Positions 9,159-17,544 of a stretch of DNA of 20,174 nucleotides are shown here, in pieces. Where the stretch lies: assembly GCA_038851565.1 (NCBI GenBank), contig JAWCKV010000016.1, positions 1 through 20,174 of the forward strand. The letters run 5' to 3'. Source of the DNA: Candidatus Hadarchaeales archaeon. GTDB lineage: Archaea; Hadarchaeota; Hadarchaeia; Hadarchaeales; Hadarchaeaceae. Numbering within the stretch: the first letter of the stretch is position 1; each line of letters begins with the position of its first letter. A program made the position numbers and the translations under genes. The notes below the pieces were generated by a model. It searched no databases. It was not told the origin of the DNA and saw only the letters and a list, made by a program, of their open reading frames with translations.

Positions 9159-9166
9159 GTGTTAAC

Positions 9167-9550
9167 ATGGATGTTATGGCCGATGCGCTGTCAAAGATCC
9201 TGAACTCGGAAAATGCCAGAAAGAGGAGCGTCATCGTTTATCCCGCCCAGAAGCTTCTGGGGGAAGTTCTGGGCATATTCAAATCTGAGGGATACATCGA
9301 TGGATTCGACACAGTGGGGGTGCCCGGGGGCAATGGATTTGAAGTCAGGCTGAACGGCAAAATAAACAGGTGCGGTGCTATAAAACCCAGGTGCTCCGTC
9401 AGGGCGGATGAGTATGAGAAATGGGAGAAGAGGTATTTGCCGGCAGCGGGCCTCGGCATTCTCGTGGTTTCAACGCCAAGGGGAGTGATGAGCCACAGGA
9501 GGGCCGGTGAACTCAGGCTCGGTGGAAGGCTACTGGCCTACGTTTACTAG
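9167..9550 (+). CDS. rps8: 30S ribosomal protein S8 (uS8)
   Basis: ADALSKILNSE, LNGKINRCGAIKPR, EKRYLPAAGLG, STPRGVMSH and GGRLLAYVY motifs; SD AGGTG before ATG 9167. Confidence 0.98.
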   Translation: MDVMADALSKILNSENARKRSVIVYPAQKLLGEVLGIFKSEGYIDGFDTVGVPGGNGFEVRLNGKINRCGAIKPRCSVRADEYEKWEKRYLPAAGLGILVVSTPRGVMSHRRAGELRLGGRLLAYVY

Positions 9551-9603
9551 TCCTTTCAATGCTCTTTTTAATGGAATACGATGAAAAATAGAGAGCTGGT
9601 CAA

Positions 9604-10122
9604 ATGCGGGAGGAAATTGAAATACCGGAGGGAGTGCGCGTAACCCTCAATGGAGGCGCGGTCGAGGTTACCGGAAAGAAGGGCACGCTGAGGAGGGAAT
9701 TTGGCTTTTCCTCGGTCAGGATTTCGGTGGAGGGCAACAGGATCATCATAGGAAGCGAATCTGGCAAGAGAAGGGACAAGGCAGCCCTAGGAACCGTGAA
9801 GGCCCACATAAGGAACATGATGAAGGGGGTAACAGAGGGATTCGTGTACAGGCTCAAGGTGGTTTACTCCCATTTTCCGATAACTGTGAAGGTGGAGGGA
9901 AAAAAGGTTCTCATACACAATTTTCTGGGGGAGAGAGCCCCCCGCGTGGCCGAGATAATGGGAGAAGCGGAAGTGGAGGTCAAGGGAGACGAAATATTGG
10001 TCAAAGGAATAAACAAGGAAGATGTCGCTCAAACCGCCCTGAGGATCGAGCAGGCGACGGCTGTACGCGGCAGGGACAGAAGGGTATTCCAGGACGGATG
10101 CTACATATACCAGAGGGAGTAG
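9604..10122 (+). CDS. rpl6: 50S ribosomal protein L6 (uL6)
   Basis: EIPEGV, HIRNMMKGVTEGF, YSHFPI, NFLGERAPR and DRRVFQDG motifs. Confidence 0.98.
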   Translation: MREEIEIPEGVRVTLNGGAVEVTGKKGTLRREFGFSSVRISVEGNRIIIGSESGKRRDKAALGTVKAHIRNMMKGVTEGFVYRLKVVYSHFPITVKVEGKKVLIHNFLGERAPRVAEIMGEAEVEVKGDEILVKGINKEDVAQTALRIEQATAVRGRDRRVFQDGCYIYQRE

Positions 10123-10123
10123 G

Positions 10124-10504
10124 ATGAGGAAAAGAAAACCGAAGTTCAGGAGGCAGGAGTGGTTCAGGTACAGGAGGCTTGGTGAGAAGTGGCGGAGACC
10201 TAAGGGAAAGGACAGCAAGATGAGGCTCGGAATAAGGGGAAAACCCCCGCTGGTCTCGGTCGGATACCGCGGGAAAAGGTCGGAGAGGGGGCTGCACCCC
10301 TCCGGGCTTCAGGAGGTCCTTGTTAGCAGCGGCGAGCAGCTCAAGGGACTGGACCCAAGAACACAGGCGGTGAGGATAGCGGCCAGCGTGGGGAGGAGGA
10401 AGAAGGAGGAGATAATGAAGCTGGCATCTGAAATAGGGGTAAGGGTGTTGAATCCAGGGGTGAGAAAGGTTGAACCTGAGGGCAAAAAAGAGGCTGGCGG
10501 CTAG
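10124..10504 (+). CDS. rpl32e: 50S ribosomal protein L32e (eL32)
   Basis: KPKFRRQEW, WRRPKGKDSKMR, RGLHPSG and RIAASVGRRKK motifs. Confidence 0.97.
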   Translation: MRKRKPKFRRQEWFRYRRLGEKWRRPKGKDSKMRLGIRGKPPLVSVGYRGKRSERGLHPSGLQEVLVSSGEQLKGLDPRTQAVRIAASVGRRKKEEIMKLASEIGVRVLNPGVRKVEPEGKKEAGG

Positions 10505-10916
10505 AGTCCTCGGAGTTGGGGTTGGCAGAATATACATAGATCCTGCCAGGCTGGCTGATGTCGACGCTGCCATCACGAGGGAGGACATAAAAAGGCTGAT
10601 AAAGGACGGCGCCATTGCTGCAAAAAAGGCCAGGGGGACAAGCAGGGGCAGACTGAGGGAACTAAGAGCCAAGAAGAGGCTGGGCAGGAGAAGCGGGCCA
10701 GGAAGCAGGAAGGGCGCCAGGCATGCCAGAATGCCGAGAAAGGATAGGTGGATCCAGACTGTGCGTCCTCTCAGAAGGAGGCTGAGGGAGCTCAAGAAGG
10801 AGGGCATCATAAGCGCTGCTGAGTACAGGCGACTGTACAGGATGGTGGGCGGAGGCGTCTTCAGGAGCAGGTCCCACCTTGAGGCGCACCTACGCGAAAG
10901 GGGGCTGTTGAAGTGA
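10470..10916 (+). CDS. rpl19e: 50S ribosomal protein L19e (eL19)
   Basis: MNLRAKKRLAARVLGVG, AITREDIKRLI, GPGSRKG and YRRLYRM motifs; TTG start, 35-nt overlap with rpl32e. Confidence 0.97.
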   Translation: MNLRAKKRLAARVLGVGVGRIYIDPARLADVDAAITREDIKRLIKDGAIAAKKARGTSRGRLRELRAKKRLGRRSGPGSRKGARHARMPRKDRWIQTVRPLRRRLRELKKEGIISAAEYRRLYRMVGGGVFRSRSHLEAHLRERGLLK

Positions 10917-11506
10917 GGAAAAAGATGGGACCGCGTTACAGGGTCCAGCTGAGAAGGAAGAGAGAGGGAAGGACGGACTACAGGCTGAGGCTCAAGCTGC
11001 TGACTTCAGGAGTTCCCCGCATTGTGCCACGCGTAAGCCTGAATCACGTTTGTGTACAGGTCGTTGAGTATTCGAAGGATGGCGACAGGGTCATAGCCTC
11101 AGCGCACTCGAAGGAGCTTAAAAAGTTCGGTTGGAAGGGCGGAACCTCCAACCTCCCTGCGGCATATCTGGCCGGCCTCCTCTGCGGTTATAGGGCAGCA
11201 AGGGCAGGCGTGGAGGAATGCGTGCTGGATATGGGGGGTTTCACGCCGTCTCCGGGATGCAGGGTCTTCTCTGCCATCAAGGGAGCTTTGGACGCGGGCC
11301 TGAAAGTGCCCCATGGCGATGTTCTTCCAGCAGAGGAAAGGATCTCAGGAAAGCACATCTCGGACTATGCCCGAAGCCTGAAGGAAAACGATGCATCCGA
11401 ATATGAGGCGAGGTTCTCAGGGTATCTCAATCGCGGCCTGCCCCCTGAGAGGCTCACGGAGCATTTTAATGAGGTCAGGCGGGAGATAGTAAAGCAGTTT
11501 CAGTAG
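10913..11506 (+). CDS. rpl18: 50S ribosomal protein L18 (uL18)
   Basis: [36 protein letters not shown] and RISGKHI motifs. Start is GTG 10913 or ATG 10925. Confidence 0.97.
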   Translation: MRKKMGPRYRVQLRRKREGRTDYRLRLKLLTSGVPRIVPRVSLNHVCVQVVEYSKDGDRVIASAHSKELKKFGWKGGTSNLPAAYLAGLLCGYRAARAGVEECVLDMGGFTPSPGCRVFSAIKGALDAGLKVPHGDVLPAEERISGKHISDYARSLKENDASEYEARFSGYLNRGLPPERLTEHFNEVRREIVKQFQ

Positions 11507-11514
11507 GTGATGGC

Positions 11515-12186
11515 ATGGCAGCATCGAAGGACAGGGCAAACCTGGAGATGTGGATTCCACGCACGGAGATCGGGAAAGAGGTAAAAGAGGGAAGGATAAC
11601 CAGCATCTCGGAGATCCTGAGAAGCGGAAAAAAGATAAAGGAGCCCGAGATAGTCGATGCCCTTGTCCCGGGACTCCAGGAGGAAATACTGAACGTGAAC
11701 TTGGTGCAGAGAATGCACAAGTCTGGGAGGAGAGTGAAGTACAAGGTGGTCATTGCGGTGGGGAACAAAGAAGGAATCGTGGGGATAGGACAGGCAAGCG
11801 CAAGGGAGATAACCTTCTCAATAAGGAAGGCGGTTGAAAATGCAAAACTCAACATCATAGAGGTGGGGAGAGGCTGCGGCAGCTGGGAATGCGGCTGCGG
11901 TCGTCCTCACTCCGTGCCCTTTACGGTGGCGGGAAAGAGCGGAAGCGTTCAGATAACAATAAAGCCAGCCCCGAGGGGGCTTGGATGCGCCGCCGCGGAG
12001 GTCCCGAAGACCGTGCTGAGGCTCGCCGGCATAAAGGATGCGTGGACGTTCACCAGAGGCGAAACAAGGACGACCCTGAACTTCGCCATGGCCACCCTAA
12101 ACGCCCTAAAGCTTACCACAAAATTCTCGCTCCCCGATCGCGCTAGGGACAAAATAAAAACAGGCATGGTGAATGAAAGTGCCTAA
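11515..12186 (+). CDS. rps5: 30S ribosomal protein S5 (uS5)
   Basis: [35 protein letters not shown] and [10 protein letters not shown] motifs. Confidence 0.98.
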   Translation: MAASKDRANLEMWIPRTEIGKEVKEGRITSISEILRSGKKIKEPEIVDALVPGLQEEILNVNLVQRMHKSGRRVKYKVVIAVGNKEGIVGIGQASAREITFSIRKAVENAKLNIIEVGRGCGSWECGCGRPHSVPFTVAGKSGSVQITIKPAPRGLGCAAAEVPKTVLRLAGIKDAWTFTRGETRTTLNFAMATLNALKLTTKFSLPDRARDKIKTGMVNESA

Positions 12187-12643
12187 GCTTGCGGTGATAC
12201 GCATAAGAGGAGGAGTAGGTGCCAAGGCAGATGCTCTTGACACGCTAAGGCTGCTGGGCCTCACCAGGGTAAACCACTGCGTGCTCGTCGATGGGACTCC
12301 CTCCATCCTGGGGATGTTGCAGAAGGTAAAAGACTATGTCACATGGGGCGAGATAGACGCCGAGATGCTGGAGCTTCTTATCCGGAAGCGCGGCAGGGTG
12401 GAGGGCAACAGGCGTATGACGGATGATGTGGCAAAGAAGATGGTTGGGCTCTCTATCTCGGAGATGGCGCCGAGCATATGTGAGGGGAAGATCGACCTGA
12501 GCGCGATCAGGGGCCTGAAAAAGGTCTTCAGGCTTCATCCTCCAAGAAAGGGCTTCAAGGCGCTGAGGAGGCCCTATCGAGATCTCGGCGACCTAGGTTA
12601 CCGCGGACGGGAGATCAATGATCTCCTGAGAAGGATGGTGTAG
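12173..12643 (+). CDS. rpl30: 50S ribosomal protein L30 (uL30, archaeal long form)
   Basis: [38 protein letters not shown] and LGYRG motifs. Confidence 0.97.
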   Translation: MKVPKLAVIRIRGGVGAKADALDTLRLLGLTRVNHCVLVDGTPSILGMLQKVKDYVTWGEIDAEMLELLIRKRGRVEGNRRMTDDVAKKMVGLSISEMAPSICEGKIDLSAIRGLKKVFRLHPPRKGFKALRRPYRDLGDLGYRGREINDLLRRMV

Positions 12644-12651
12644 GTGTAAGC

Positions 12652-13092
12652 ATGGTGACTAGAAGGCGGAAAAAAGTCAGAAAACAGAGAGGCAGCAGGA
12701 CGTACGGAAGAGGGTGCGCGAAGCGCGGCAGGGGAAGCGGTGAGAGGGGAGGAACAGGAATGAGCGGGGGGCACAAACAAAAATGGAGCTATGTGATCCG
12801 GTACATGCCCGACTATTTCGGAAAACACGGCTTCACCAGGCCACCGGAACTTAGGAGGGAGACCAAGGCCATAAACGTGGGGGAGATTGAGGAGCGCCTT
12901 GAGGAGTTCATGAAAGAGGGCGCCGCCTCGCAGGAGGGGGACAGAATAGTCGTTGATGTGACCAAGCTGGGATACGACAAGGTCCTGGGAGGAGGCAGGG
13001 TATCAAGGCCCATCGTGGCCAAATCTAAAAATTTTGCGGATCTTGCGGTCAAGAAGCTGAAGGAAGCCGGAGGAGACGCGATCGCAGGGTGA
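12652..13092 (+). CDS. rpl15: 50S ribosomal protein L15 (uL15)
   Basis: RKQRGSRTYG, RGSGERGG, FGKHGF, INVGEI and GYDKVLGGG motifs. Confidence 0.97.
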   Translation: MVTRRRKKVRKQRGSRTYGRGCAKRGRGSGERGGTGMSGGHKQKWSYVIRYMPDYFGKHGFTRPPELRRETKAINVGEIEERLEEFMKEGAASQEGDRIVVDVTKLGYDKVLGGGRVSRPIVAKSKNFADLAVKKLKEAGGDAIAG

Positions 13093-13096
13093 GGAG

Positions 13097-14431
13097 ATGG
13101 AGCCCTCTCCCCAAGAGAAGAAATCCAAGCTCTATGTACTAGAACCCATTGTCAGGAGGATGCCTGAAATAGCCGTGCCAAAGAGACATGTTTCCTTCAA
13201 GGAAAAGTTCATGTGGACGGGCCTCACGCTCATCGTGTTCTTCATAATGACCCAGGTCCCCCTCTACGGCATTCCTTCCGGCCAGCGCGTTGGAGAGCTG
13301 TTCGGACAGCTCAGGTTTGTGCTCGCAAGCCACGTTGGAACCCTGATGGAACTCGGAATAGGACCCATCGTCACAGCCGGCATAATAATGCAGCTTCTGG
13401 TGGGAAGCAAGATAATCGGGCTGGACCTCACAAAGGGAGATGACAGGGCCCTCTTCACAGGGGTTCAAAAGCTGCTGGCAGTCATAATGGGAATCTTCCA
13501 GGCATCAATGCTCGTCCTGGCCGGGCATTACGGAGTTTCCATATCCTCTCCGGCAGGCGTATTCATGATAGCTCAGCTTACCCTTGGCACGGTTGCCGTT
13601 ATATACCTCGATGAACTCGTTTCGAAATACGGTTTCGGCAGCGGGGTTAGCCTCTTCATCGCTGGGGGGGTGGCGATGACCGTCATATGGCAGGCCCTGA
13701 ACCCCACCACGGGGGCGATACCCAACTTCATAGGCTCCGCCATGGCAGGGGAAAATCTGGTGGAGCAGTTCTTCAGGACCGGACTTCCGAGCATGATGGG
13801 AGTGGTTGCAACCATTATTGTCTTTCTCATAGTGGTATATGCGGAGGGAATGAGGATAGAGATACCAGTCGCGTACGGAAGGTTTGGCGGGATAAGAGGT
13901 AAATATCCGATAAGATTTTTGTACACATCCAACATCCCGGTCATCCTCGCGATGACTGTTTTTGCGAACATAAAGATAATGTCTGCCCTGCTCAACATAC
14001 CGTGGCTCTCCACGTACACCACCCCTCCGAACGGACTGTTCGACACGATGGCAGATCCCGTCAGGGCGGTTGTGTACATCATCATACTCCTCGGATTTTC
14101 TGTCGGCTTTGCATGGCTGTGGGTCAACCTGACCGGAATGGGGCCCAGGGACATCGCCCAACAGCTGGACCGGTCCGGAATGCTGATCCCCGGGTTCAGG
14201 CGGGACATCCGGGTCATGGAGTGGGTCCTCGGCAGGTACATAATGCCGGCGGCTGTGGTGGGTGGGGCCTTCGTCGCGCTTCTCTCCGGAGTGGCTGACA
14301 TAATGGGCGCGCTGGGCAGCGGGACGGGAATACTCCTCACGGTGGGTATAATCTACGCGCTCTATCAGGAGATCGCGAGGGAGAGGGTGTCCGAGATGTT
14401 CCCGGCCCTCAGGGGCTTTCTGGGTGAATAG
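13097..14431 (+). CDS. secY: Preprotein translocase subunit SecY (Sec61alpha)
   Basis: GTLMELGIGPIVTAGIIMQLL, GFGSGVSLFIA, YPIRFLYTSNIPVIL, IPGFRRD and GSGTGILLTV motifs; multiple hydrophobic segments. Confidence 0.98.
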   Translation: MEPSPQEKKSKLYVLEPIVRRMPEIAVPKRHVSFKEKFMWTGLTLIVFFIMTQVPLYGIPSGQRVGELFGQLRFVLASHVGTLMELGIGPIVTAGIIMQLLVGSKIIGLDLTKGDDRALFTGVQKLLAVIMGIFQASMLVLAGHYGVSISSPAGVFMIAQLTLGTVAVIYLDELVSKYGFGSGVSLFIAGGVAMTVIWQALNPTTGAIPNFIGSAMAGENLVEQFFRTGLPSMMGVVATIIVFLIVVYAEGMRIEIPVAYGRFGGIRGKYPIRFLYTSNIPVILAMTVFANIKIMSALLNIPWLSTYTTPPNGLFDTMADPVRAVVYIIILLGFSVGFAWLWVNLTGMGPRDIAQQLDRSGMLIPGFRRDIRVMEWVLGRYIMPAAVVGGAFVALLSGVADIMGALGSGTGILLTVGIIYALYQEIARERVSEMFPALRGFLGE

Positions 14432-14434
14432 AGG

Positions 14435-14494
14435 ATGAAGGGCTCAAGAATTATAGGCATGCGGGAAGAATATCCTTCCGGTGGAACATCATGA
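14435..14494 (+). other. Possible 19-codon mini-ORF (MKGSRIIGMREEYPSGGTS) bridging secY and the DUF106 gene
   Basis: SD-like GGGTGA at 14422-14427, ATG 3 nt after the secY stop, and TGA overlapping the next ATG (ATGA). It could be chance. Confidence 0.3.
14446..14479 (+). promoter_or_regulatory. Candidate promoter (AAGAATTATAGG) plus inverted repeat GGAAG-N6-CTTCC upstream of the DUF106 gene
   Basis: TTATA box preceded by purines about 40 nt before ATG 14491. The inverted repeat at 14464-14479 lies over the expected start site. Confidence 0.35.
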
Positions 14495-15312
14495 GAAACG
14501 CCCTGATCCTTGCGTTCTCCGCGGCCCTGCTCCTCTCCTTCACGGCGGGAACTGTCATCGCACAGAGCGGGGATGATACAGCTTCGCTGACGGAACTCAT
14601 AAAAAGAATAGATACATCAATAGCCTCATTCAGGAGAGGTGACATCAGCGGGGCCACAGGCGCTCTCTCCAGCGCCTCCGACCTCTACAGCGAAAAGTTC
14701 AGCGGCAGGGTTGCGGAGAAGGATAACGAAATTGACAACAGGATACGCGCGGCTTTCGCGGACGGCTCATCATATTTCACCGAGGAAAATCTGGTCCGAC
14801 TCTTTGATCTCAGGTCAGATGTGATTTTGGCTGTCGGAAAAATTGGGGTTACCCTTCCTCCCATATATGAGCTTTCCATGCTCATAATACTCGGCGTTTC
14901 AATGGTTGTCTCGTTCCTCGTAACACTTCTGAACAGGAGGATGGTCAACTGGAGGCTGGTGAGGGAGGCGAGGGCAAGACTTTCCGAGTTCCAGGAGGAG
15001 TACAGGGAGGCCAGCAGGAAAAAGGACGCGAAGCTCATGCACAAGCTCCAGCTCAGGCAGGCGGAGGTGATGAGGCTCCAGAGCGAGGTGATGAAGCAGA
15101 CCATGAAACCCACCCTGGTGTACATGATTCCGCTGTTCGTGCTCTGGTACATTCTCCTGAGTGCGTACAGCGGGTGGGTTGTCGCATGGCTTCCATTCAG
15201 GATCGATCTCCCCTTCTTAGGACCCGTGGCTGTGTTCGGCGTGGGGCTATGGTACTTCATAACGTATTTGGGATTCTCACAGGTTTTTCGGAAGATCATG
15301 ATAAGGGATTGA
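14491..15312 (+). CDS. DUF106 / EMC3-TMCO1 (Oxa1 superfamily) membrane protein with N-terminal signal peptide and extra soluble domain
   Basis: The C-terminal ~150 aa has the TM - coiled coil (LSEFQEEYREASRKKD...QAEVMRLQSEVMK) - MKPTLVYMIP-TM - LPF - WYF..Y..FSQ..RK pattern. It sits in the canonical position upstream of rpl34e. Confidence 0.88.
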   Translation: MRNALILAFSAALLLSFTAGTVIAQSGDDTASLTELIKRIDTSIASFRRGDISGATGALSSASDLYSEKFSGRVAEKDNEIDNRIRAAFADGSSYFTEENLVRLFDLRSDVILAVGKIGVTLPPIYELSMLIILGVSMVVSFLVTLLNRRMVNWRLVREARARLSEFQEEYREASRKKDAKLMHKLQLRQAEVMRLQSEVMKQTMKPTLVYMIPLFVLWYILLSAYSGWVVAWLPFRIDLPFLGPVAVFGVGLWYFITYLGFSQVFRKIMIRD

Positions 15313-15313
15313 T

Positions 15314-15571
15314 ATGCCTCAGAGAAGGTACAGGACCGGGAGATACAGAAAACGCTCCGTGCGTGCGGTGAAGGGCACAAGAACTCTTTACGGGGAGAAG
15401 ACCTCTCGGCCTGCATCCTGCGCGTCCTGCGGCCGTCCCCTGGCAGGGGTGCCCAGAGGAAAAGGCGCCAGAAAGGCTCCAAGGAGCTCGAGGAGGCCAA
15501 ACCGCCCATTTGGGGGATACCTCTGCCATGCCTGTGCGCGCAATGAGATAGCGCTGAGAGCGAGGGCGTGA
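15314..15571 (+). CDS. rpl34e: 50S ribosomal protein L34e (eL34)
   Basis: CASCGRPLAGVPR and SSRRPNRPFGGYLCHAC zinc-ribbon motifs. Confidence 0.96.
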   Translation: MPQRRYRTGRYRKRSVRAVKGTRTLYGEKTSRPASCASCGRPLAGVPRGKGARKAPRSSRRPNRPFGGYLCHACARNEIALRARA

Positions 15572-15572
15572 A

Positions 15573-16097
15573 ATGCCCGTGATAACGGTCAGCGGCTCAC
15601 ATGGAACTGGAAAGAGCACGGCAGCCAAAGCCCTGGCAAGGAGACTTGGGCTGAGGTATGTATGTTCCGGCGATATATTCAGGACGATGGCAAGGGAGCG
15701 CTCGATGGACTTGAAGGATTTCTCCAAATACGCCGAACAACATCCGAACATAGACCTCATGATCGAAGGGAGGGCTGCGGAGGAGGCGGGAAGGGGAAAT
15801 GTGGTGATAGATGGCAGGCTTTCCGGATGGACCGTGAAACGCGCAGACGTGAGAATCCTTTTGACCGCACCCCTCGATGTCAGGGTGAGGCGGATATGCG
15901 GGAGAGAAAGGAGGAGGTACGGGGAGGTGCTGAGGGAAACCCTCGCGAGGGAGAAAAGTGAGGCGGTTAGGTTCAAAAAACTTTACGGAATAGACATCAA
16001 TGACCACTCGTCCTTCGACATAATAATGAACACCGGGAGGATATCGAGGAGGAAGATGATCGATGCCCTCCAGGCTGCGGTTGAGGCGCTCCTCTAG
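15573..16097 (+). CDS. cmk: Cytidylate kinase (archaeal type)
   Basis: P-loop ITVSGSHGTGKST, plus GDIFRTMARE, VIDGRLSGW, LTAPLDVRVRRI and SEAVRFKKLYGIDI. Confidence 0.94.
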   Translation: MPVITVSGSHGTGKSTAAKALARRLGLRYVCSGDIFRTMARERSMDLKDFSKYAEQHPNIDLMIEGRAAEEAGRGNVVIDGRLSGWTVKRADVRILLTAPLDVRVRRICGRERRRYGEVLRETLAREKSEAVRFKKLYGIDINDHSSFDIIMNTGRISRRKMIDALQAAVEALL

Positions 16098-16099
16098 TT

Positions 16100-16114
16100 C
16101 AAAAAATTTTTAGC
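16100..16114 (+). promoter_or_regulatory. Candidate BRE/TATA promoter for rpl14e-cbf5
   Basis: CAAAAAATTTTTAGC in a 49-nt intergenic gap, followed by a strong SD GGAGGTGA before ATG 16147. The T-run could also act as a terminator. Confidence 0.5.
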
Positions 16115-16146
16115 CGATTGCAGCTTACTGTAGGGAGGTGAGCAGT

Positions 16147-16374
16147 ATGGCGATGGACATCGGAAGAGTATGCGTGAAGCTCGCGGGACACGAGGCCGGA
16201 AGGGAGTGCGTGATAGTGGATGTAGTTGATAAAAATTCTGTCATTGTGGTGGGGCCGAGGGTCAAGCGGAGGAGGTGCAACGTGCTGCACCTGCAGCCGA
16301 CCGACAGAAAGCTCGACATCGCAAGGGGCTGCGCTGATGAGGACGCAAAAAAGGCCCTACAGGCCTCCGGCTAG
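16147..16374 (+). CDS. rpl14e: 50S ribosomal protein L14e (eL14)
   Basis: DIGRVCVKLAGHEAGRECVIVDVVDKNSV...VKRRRCNVLHLQPT. Confidence 0.96.
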   Translation: MAMDIGRVCVKLAGHEAGRECVIVDVVDKNSVIVVGPRVKRRRCNVLHLQPTDRKLDIARGCADEDAKKALQASG

Positions 16375-16382
16375 GTGTTCGG

Positions 16383-17375
16383 TTGAACAGGCTTCCGTGT
16401 GATGTCGAGAGAAGGGTGCTGGTAAAGGCACACGACAACACAGATCCTTCCCATGGATGTCCGCCGGAAAAGAGGACGATGCTGGAGCACCTCCGTCTGG
16501 GAGTGATAAACCTGGACAAGCCGCCAGGGCCCACGTCTCACGAAGTCGTGGCGTGGATAAAGAGAATCCTCAACTTGAGGCGCGCCGGCCACGGAGGTAC
16601 CCTGGATCCAGGCGTGAGCGGCGTGCTACCGGTTGCAATAGAGGACGCAACGAAGATGGTGCAGACGTTGCTTCCGGCGGGAAAGGAGTACGTATGCGTC
16701 ATGCATCTGCATGGACCCGTCTCAGAGGATGTCATGCATAGAGTCCTGAACGAGTTTCAGGGAGAGATATACCAGAGGCCGCCCCTGCGAGCAGCCGTCA
16801 GGAGGAGGCTGAGGGTGAGGAGAGTTTACTATATAGAGCTGCTGGAGAGGGAGGGACGCGATCTTCTGCTGCGGATCGGGTGCGAGGCCGGAACGTACAT
16901 AAGAAAGCTCGTCAGCGACATGGGAGACGCCATGGGTCCAGGCGCACACATGAGCGAGCTGAGAAGGACAAGAACAGGCCCATTAAGGGAGAACTGTGCA
17001 GTCACACTCCATGATCTTGCGGACGCATTTGCCTTCTGGAGGGAAGACGGCGATGAAACGCATCTCAGGAAGGCCGTTATCCCGGTGGAGGCCGCGGTTC
17101 AGCACCTTCCGAAGGTGGTGATAAGGGACGGAGCTGTGGATGCACTCTGCAGGGGCGCAAGCCTTGCAGCTCCCGGCGTTCTTCTGATAGACGATCCCAT
17201 AAAAAGGGGGGAAACAGTGGCAGTGATGACCATGAAGGGAGAGCTCGTGTGCATAGCGGAAACCACCTTGGACTCGAGGGAGATATATGAGCTTGAACAC
17301 GGGATAGTTGCCAAACCGCAGCGCGTTGTGATGAGGCCGGGCACCTATCCGAAGATGTGGAAGAAAGAAGCGTAG
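16383..17375 (+). CDS. cbf5: RNA-guided pseudouridine synthase Cbf5 (TruB family) with PUA domain
   Basis: LDKPPGPTSHEV, catalytic GHGGTLDP, CEAGTYIRKL, ELRRTRTG and PUA region AVDALCRGASLAAPG; TTG start after SD AGGTG. Confidence 0.97.
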   Translation: MNRLPCDVERRVLVKAHDNTDPSHGCPPEKRTMLEHLRLGVINLDKPPGPTSHEVVAWIKRILNLRRAGHGGTLDPGVSGVLPVAIEDATKMVQTLLPAGKEYVCVMHLHGPVSEDVMHRVLNEFQGEIYQRPPLRAAVRRRLRVRRVYYIELLEREGRDLLLRIGCEAGTYIRKLVSDMGDAMGPGAHMSELRRTRTGPLRENCAVTLHDLADAFAFWREDGDETHLRKAVIPVEAAVQHLPKVVIRDGAVDALCRGASLAAPGVLLIDDPIKRGETVAVMTMKGELVCIAETTLDSREIYELEHGIVAKPQRVVMRPGTYPKMWKKEA

Positions 17376-17405
17376 TTATAGAGCATCGAAGAGATTTATT
17401 TCTGA

Positions 17406-17493
17406 GCCGGGGTAGCAAAGCCAGGTAATGCGCACGCCTGGAGAGCGTGTGGCCCTTTGGGCCTCAGGGGTTCAAATCCCCTCCCCGGCGCCA
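17406..17493 (+). tRNA. tRNA-Ser (anticodon GGA), intronless, CCA encoded
   Basis: Acceptor stem GCCGGGG/CCCCGGC, anticodon arm CACGC-CTGGAGA-GCGTG, long variable arm GGCCC-TTT-GGGCC, T arm AGGGG-TTCAAAT-CCCCT, discriminator G followed by CCA. Confidence 0.97.
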
Positions 17494-17496
17494 CTT

Positions 17497-17514
17497 AAAA
17501 ACAACTTATAAATA
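17497..17514 (+). promoter_or_regulatory. BRE/TATA promoter candidate for the alpha block (rps13-rps4-rps11-rpoD)
   Basis: AAAAACAAC-TTATAAATA about 30-40 nt upstream of the rps13 ATG. Confidence 0.6.
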
Positions 17515-17544
17515 TGGCGGCAGATGTAGAGAAGGCTTGATGTC

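Noticed and set aside
9110..9166. N-terminal extension on S8 and apparent absence of S14 in the ORF track
   Set aside because: S14 is present at 9012-9158 but is shorter than any ORF listed in the track. S8 starts at ATG 9167.
17406..17493. tRNA as an integration site or intron-containing tRNA
   Set aside because: There is no intron, duplicated 3' end or integrase. tRNA-Ser upstream of rps13 is a known archaeal arrangement.
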